Source: Naegleria gruberi
Lineage: Eukaryota
DNA length: 64,000 bases
Assembly: GCA_000004985.1 (NCBI GenBank)
Contig: GG738881.1
Reading direction: 5' to 3' (one strand)
Position 1 is the first letter of the stretch; each line of letters starts with the position of its first letter. The notes beneath the pieces are model-generated. The model saw only the letters and a list, made by a program, of their open reading frames with translations. It was not told where the DNA came from and ran no database searches. Below, in pieces: positions 60,793 to 64,000 of the stretch. Both the position numbers and the translations under genes were made by a program.

Positions 60793-61130
60793 TGATTTTA
60801 ATCAAGTAGATATTCGTGAGGGTATCAATACTGGAGCTGCAATTGCTGGAGTGATTGGGTAAAAAACAATTAAAAAAAAAATGTCCAGCAACAATGCAGA
60901 GAAGTTGTTTCTAGAAATTTAAACATTAACAAATAATAGCACCAAGAAATTTGCATATGATTTGTGGGGTGTAAGTATTTCAATACTGTATTGTTGATAT
61001 GTAAACATGCAAGGAATTGTAAGCTCTCAACTATGTTGTATAAATATTCCTCGGTCTGTTGAGATTTCGTTTCAAATTCAAATGTCATCAACTTTACACA
61101 ACAACTTTTCAATCAGTTTCTTCTTCACTG
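60793..61130 (+). pseudogene. degenerate fragment of a class III cyclase catalytic domain (pseudo-exons)
   Basis: Plus-strand translation gives …VDIREGINTGAAIAGVIG|gtaaaa…aatag|TKKFAYDLWG|gtaagt…. This is the conserved RIGxNTGxVVAGVIG and KFxYDLWG motif pair with intron-like spacers. The downstream continuation (DFVSNSN…) is degenerate, and no upstream N-terminal or TM exons exist. Confidence 0.5.
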
Positions 61131-61233
61131 ATGAAAAATTTGGACCACTGGAAAGATTTTTTACTGACACCATGATCAAAAAAATGTCGTGAAGCGAACC
61201 GAATTCGACAGATTTCTAATAATGGTAAAGTAA

Positions 61234-63414
61234 CTATTTCCAATTGCTGGAACTGGTGAGTCTGGAGAGAGTGGAGAAGGTGGACCTGTTGTCAATGCTC
61301 AAATTTATTCTCCATACTCTCTTGATGTTAACTCTAAAGGTGAACTAATCTTTATCGATGAAAATTACAAAGTTAAAAAGATTTTCAAGAAAGGTACATT
61401 ACCGTATCGAATTCGTTAAATGGCAAATCGATTTCAAATAAATCTACTTATTTTTTATTGAATTTAGCATACATCTCTTGTAGTTTAGTTTTGGCAAGTT
61501 CCTTTTCTTTTTCGATTTCTTCTTTCATTTCTTGTTGAACACCTGCAATAATGGTATCATACATATCAATATTCTTGTTCATTAATTTCAAATCTTCGTT
61601 TTCTTCTGCTGCTGATTTGTCGGAAACTATCTTGTTGTATCTTTCTTGCCAATCTTTTAAGAACTGTTCTTTCTCTTCCAATAATTTGCGTTCAGCATCT
61701 AAAAACTTGAAATACTTGCTTTGAATCGCTTTCATTTGAACAACAACTTTGTGTGACTTTTCTAATTTCAAGTTGGATTCGAATTTGTCAAGTTCAATTG
61801 CTTTAAAGAATTGAATTTCCAAAGTACCAAATTTCTTCATATCCTTTTCATTGATATTTTTCAATTTGGTTGCAAAAATAGGCGAAACAGCTTCTGTTTT
61901 TCTTTTTTTGTAAGCTTGACTGATTTCTGCTTTGTTCTTCTCATACTCCTTTAAAAGGTTATCAACAAATTCATCTTCATCATCACTTGAACAATAATCA
62001 TCTTTAAAAGAAGCCTTCATAGTAGTATCCAACACTTTCTGTGCATTATCTTTTGTTTCTTTAGCACCATTTAATTCCTTTTCAATGTCGTCAATTATAC
62101 TCTGAAGGTTCTTTTTTACAAAACCATCGAATAGCTTATTGATATAGGAGTGATTTGGATAGCTTTTCGAAGATTTAGGAATGAAACCTTGTTTTCTAAG
62201 CTTACCACCAGTAGATGGAAACATAAATTGATCATTTTTGGATTCTTTTACCATTTTTTCATACCATAACTTTGACACCAAAACAATTTCCGAATCTTCG
62301 AGCATACTTTCTCCATAGGGCTTATGGCTGAGATTTGCGAGTAAGACTTCAACAAATCTATCAAATGTGTCAAAGTTGGCAGAGAGTTTGGTTGGAATTT
62401 TGAGTGATTTTTTTTGTGGAAATTCCAAAATAAAGAAAGGTGATGTTCTTTTTGTAAAATCACCCAAAAACATTGGCACAACGAAAATACAATTTGATTT
62501 TTATTTTAAATCGAAATTAGATATCGAATGTGAGGTGAATCCATTTACATTATTGGTGATGGACCTGCACTTGCTGTTACTTTGAATAATCCATTTCAGA
62601 TGGTTTTCAATTCAGATGGTGATTTATACTTTTCAGAAGAATTGAATAGAATTAAAAAGCTCAGTAATGGACAAGTAACAACTTTGGTTGGAAATGAAGC
62701 CAATGGTTATTCTGGAGATGGTACTTTAGCACAAAATGCACAGGTTAATTTACCATCTGGTTTAGCTATCAAACCAGGAACTAATTTCGAATGGAACTAT
62801 TATAACAATTACACTGTTGGGGTTGATATGGGAAGCTTTGATGGAGATTTGGCCATAAATGCAGGACTGAACTTTCCATTTGGATTAATTGTCACTCCCG
62901 CAGATGAAATTGTTTTTGTTGATGTAGTCAATCATAGAATTTGTATTGTTTTCTCAAATGGAACTATCAATACTATTGCAGGTAATGGGAAGAGTGGATT
63001 TAGTGCAGATGGTCAATTGGCAACTCTTCGTTGGATTTGAGAGGAGGAATTGCAATGAATTCACTTGGTGAAATAGTTTTCTCTGACAGTAATAGAATTC
63101 GTAAATGGGTAACGAATGGAACACTGACAACAATTGCTGGTAGGCAAAGCTCTGGATATAGTGGTGATGGTCAGTTGGCCCTTAATGCCCTTCTCAAAGC
63201 TCCACTATTATAAGTTGATTCGAGTGATAATATTTACATTACTGATACAGAAATTCGACAGATTTCAATGATTTGTTCATCTCCATATGTAATGAGAGGA
63301 AATGAATGCATTCCAACTTGTTTTGGTTTCAATTCAAGTAGTTTACATGTTTGTTCTGGACGTGGACAATGCAACGAAACAGATACATACACCTTATTAT
63401 GGAAGCAATTGTGA
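61234..63414 (+). pseudogene. NHL-repeat / EGF-like protein gene, disrupted (frame breaks and an in-frame TAA), with ~1.1-kb intron hosting an antisense gene
   Basis: The exon at ~61234..61393 reads IAGTGESGESGEGGPVVNAQIYSPYSLDVNSKGELIFID…. After a GTACAT donor, it resumes at ~62535 (ESIYIIGDGPALAVTLNNPFQMVFNSDGDLYF…, 62582..63040). It then switches frame near 63015..63030 (…GQLAT/LSLDLRGGIAMNSLGEIVFSD…) and hits TAA at 63211..63213 inside an NHL motif (…APLL*VDSSDNIYITD…). After that it encodes EGF-like Cys patterns with further frame changes to ~63500. Confidence 0.45.
61448..62479 (-). CDS. coiled-coil hypothetical protein, located inside the NHL-gene intron on the opposite strand
   Basis: An intact 343-aa ORF rich in Lys/Glu heptad-like sequence (…KLEKSHKVVVQMKAIQSKYFKFLDAERKLLEEKEQFLKDWQERYNKIV…). 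Confidence 0.5.
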   Translation of the reverse strand: MPMFLGDFTKRTSPFFILEFPQKKSLKIPTKLSANFDTFDRFVEVLLANLSHKPYGESMLEDSEIVLVSKLWYEKMVKESKNDQFMFPSTGGKLRKQGFIPKSSKSYPNHSYINKLFDGFVKKNLQSIIDDIEKELNGAKETKDNAQKVLDTTMKASFKDDYCSSDDEDEFVDNLLKEYEKNKAEISQAYKKRKTEAVSPIFATKLKNINEKDMKKFGTLEIQFFKAIELDKFESNLKLEKSHKVVVQMKAIQSKYFKFLDAERKLLEEKEQFLKDWQERYNKIVSDKSAAEENEDLKLMNKNIDMYDTIIAGVQQEMKEEIEKEKELAKTKLQEMYAKFNKK

Positions 63415-63614
63415 ATTGGTTGTTTGTAATGAAATTGCCAAGAATTCATCTCTTGTTTGTTCTTGAAGTGGAATTTGTCAATCTCATGTAAACCTGGATA
63501 TTATGGAACCGTACAAAAAAAATGAATTAACAAGGAAACACTTTATTTCACAAGATATTAAATATTAATAACACTAATATTATGATTGGATATGTGAGAT
63601 CTTTTTGAGTTTTC

Positions 63615-64000
63615 TTAACACCATCTAACACCTCCAACACAACCATATCCACCATAACCACCATAACCACCATATCCACCATAGAATGGAACACCATATC
63701 CACCATAACCACCATAGAATGGCATTGAATAAGCACTTCCATAATTGTTTCCATAACTAGTTGGTCCAGTATAATAAGATCCATAACTTGAATATGGATT
63801 TGAGTTGACTGCATTCACTTGATTCCAATAGGATTGAGTATTTTGTCCATATTGATTGTAATTTCCTCCAGTGACTCCATAGTTAGAACCAGAACCTCCT
63901 GATGTACCATAATTAGTACCATAATTGTTGCTATATTGGCAGTTGACCAAGCAAGAAGCGATGAGTACAGTGGCTACAAGAGCAATGATTAGTTTGTTCA
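63615..64000 (-). CDS. secreted Gly/Tyr/Asn-rich low-complexity protein (5' end beyond window)
   Basis: The minus strand at the window edge encodes …NKLIIALVATVLIASCLVNCQ (a signal peptide), then YSNNYGTNYGTSGGSGSNYG…GGYGGYGGYGCVGG. The start codon lies past position 64000. Confidence 0.5.
   Translation of the reverse strand, partial: NKLIIALVATVLIASCLVNCQYSNNYGTNYGTSGGSGSNYGVTGGNYNQYGQNTQSYWNQVNAVNSNPYSSYGSYYTGPTSYGNNYGSAYSMPFYGGYGGYGVPFYGGYGGYGGYGGYGCVGGVRWC

Overview
This 64-kb window is visibly AT-rich and looks like eukaryotic nuclear DNA rather than prokaryotic DNA. It has short spliceosomal introns of about 38-190 nt with GTAAGT/GTATGT donors and YAG acceptors, Asn/Gln/Ser-rich low-complexity tracts in proteins, and tRNA genes followed by oligo-T terminators. 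The proteins resemble an amoebozoan or dictyostelid-type protist, but I cannot assign the organism. The segment is gene-dense on both strands, with roughly 38 protein-coding loci, 3 tRNA genes (Cys, Met, Ser) and one 116-N assembly gap.

Recognisable genes include:
- a cathepsin-L-like protease, a COBW GTPase, and a selenocysteine thioredoxin reductase ending Gly-Cys-TGA-Gly-TAA;
- Rae1/Gle2, Vps25, and a FAN/NSMAF-like BEACH-WD40 gene;
- an ankyrin-BTB-kinase gene, an NTF2-like gene, a ZZ+GNAT protein, and a ZnT-type metal transporter;
- a DCAF8-like WD40 gene, a Fic-domain protein, a DUF4116 repeat protein, and a thioredoxin-TPR-DnaJ protein;
- two full class III nucleotidyl cyclases (a polytopic one with a PAS domain and an ACG-like receptor type), plus a degenerate cyclase fragment.

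The more unusual observations are:
- a ~600-nt intron built from 13 tandem mini-intron-like units, each a YAG + 3 nt + GTAAGT core;
- a truncated bacterial-type SnoaL/ester-cyclase ORF with GC-richer codons, a possible horizontal-transfer remnant;
- a secreted bacterial-type solute-binding (PBPb) protein;
- a gene nested in the opposite strand of an NHL-gene intron;
- many genes with single-nucleotide frame breaks at homopolymers, which most likely reflect sequence quality rather than real pseudogenes.

Intron and exon coordinates derived by hand are approximate (±2 nt).
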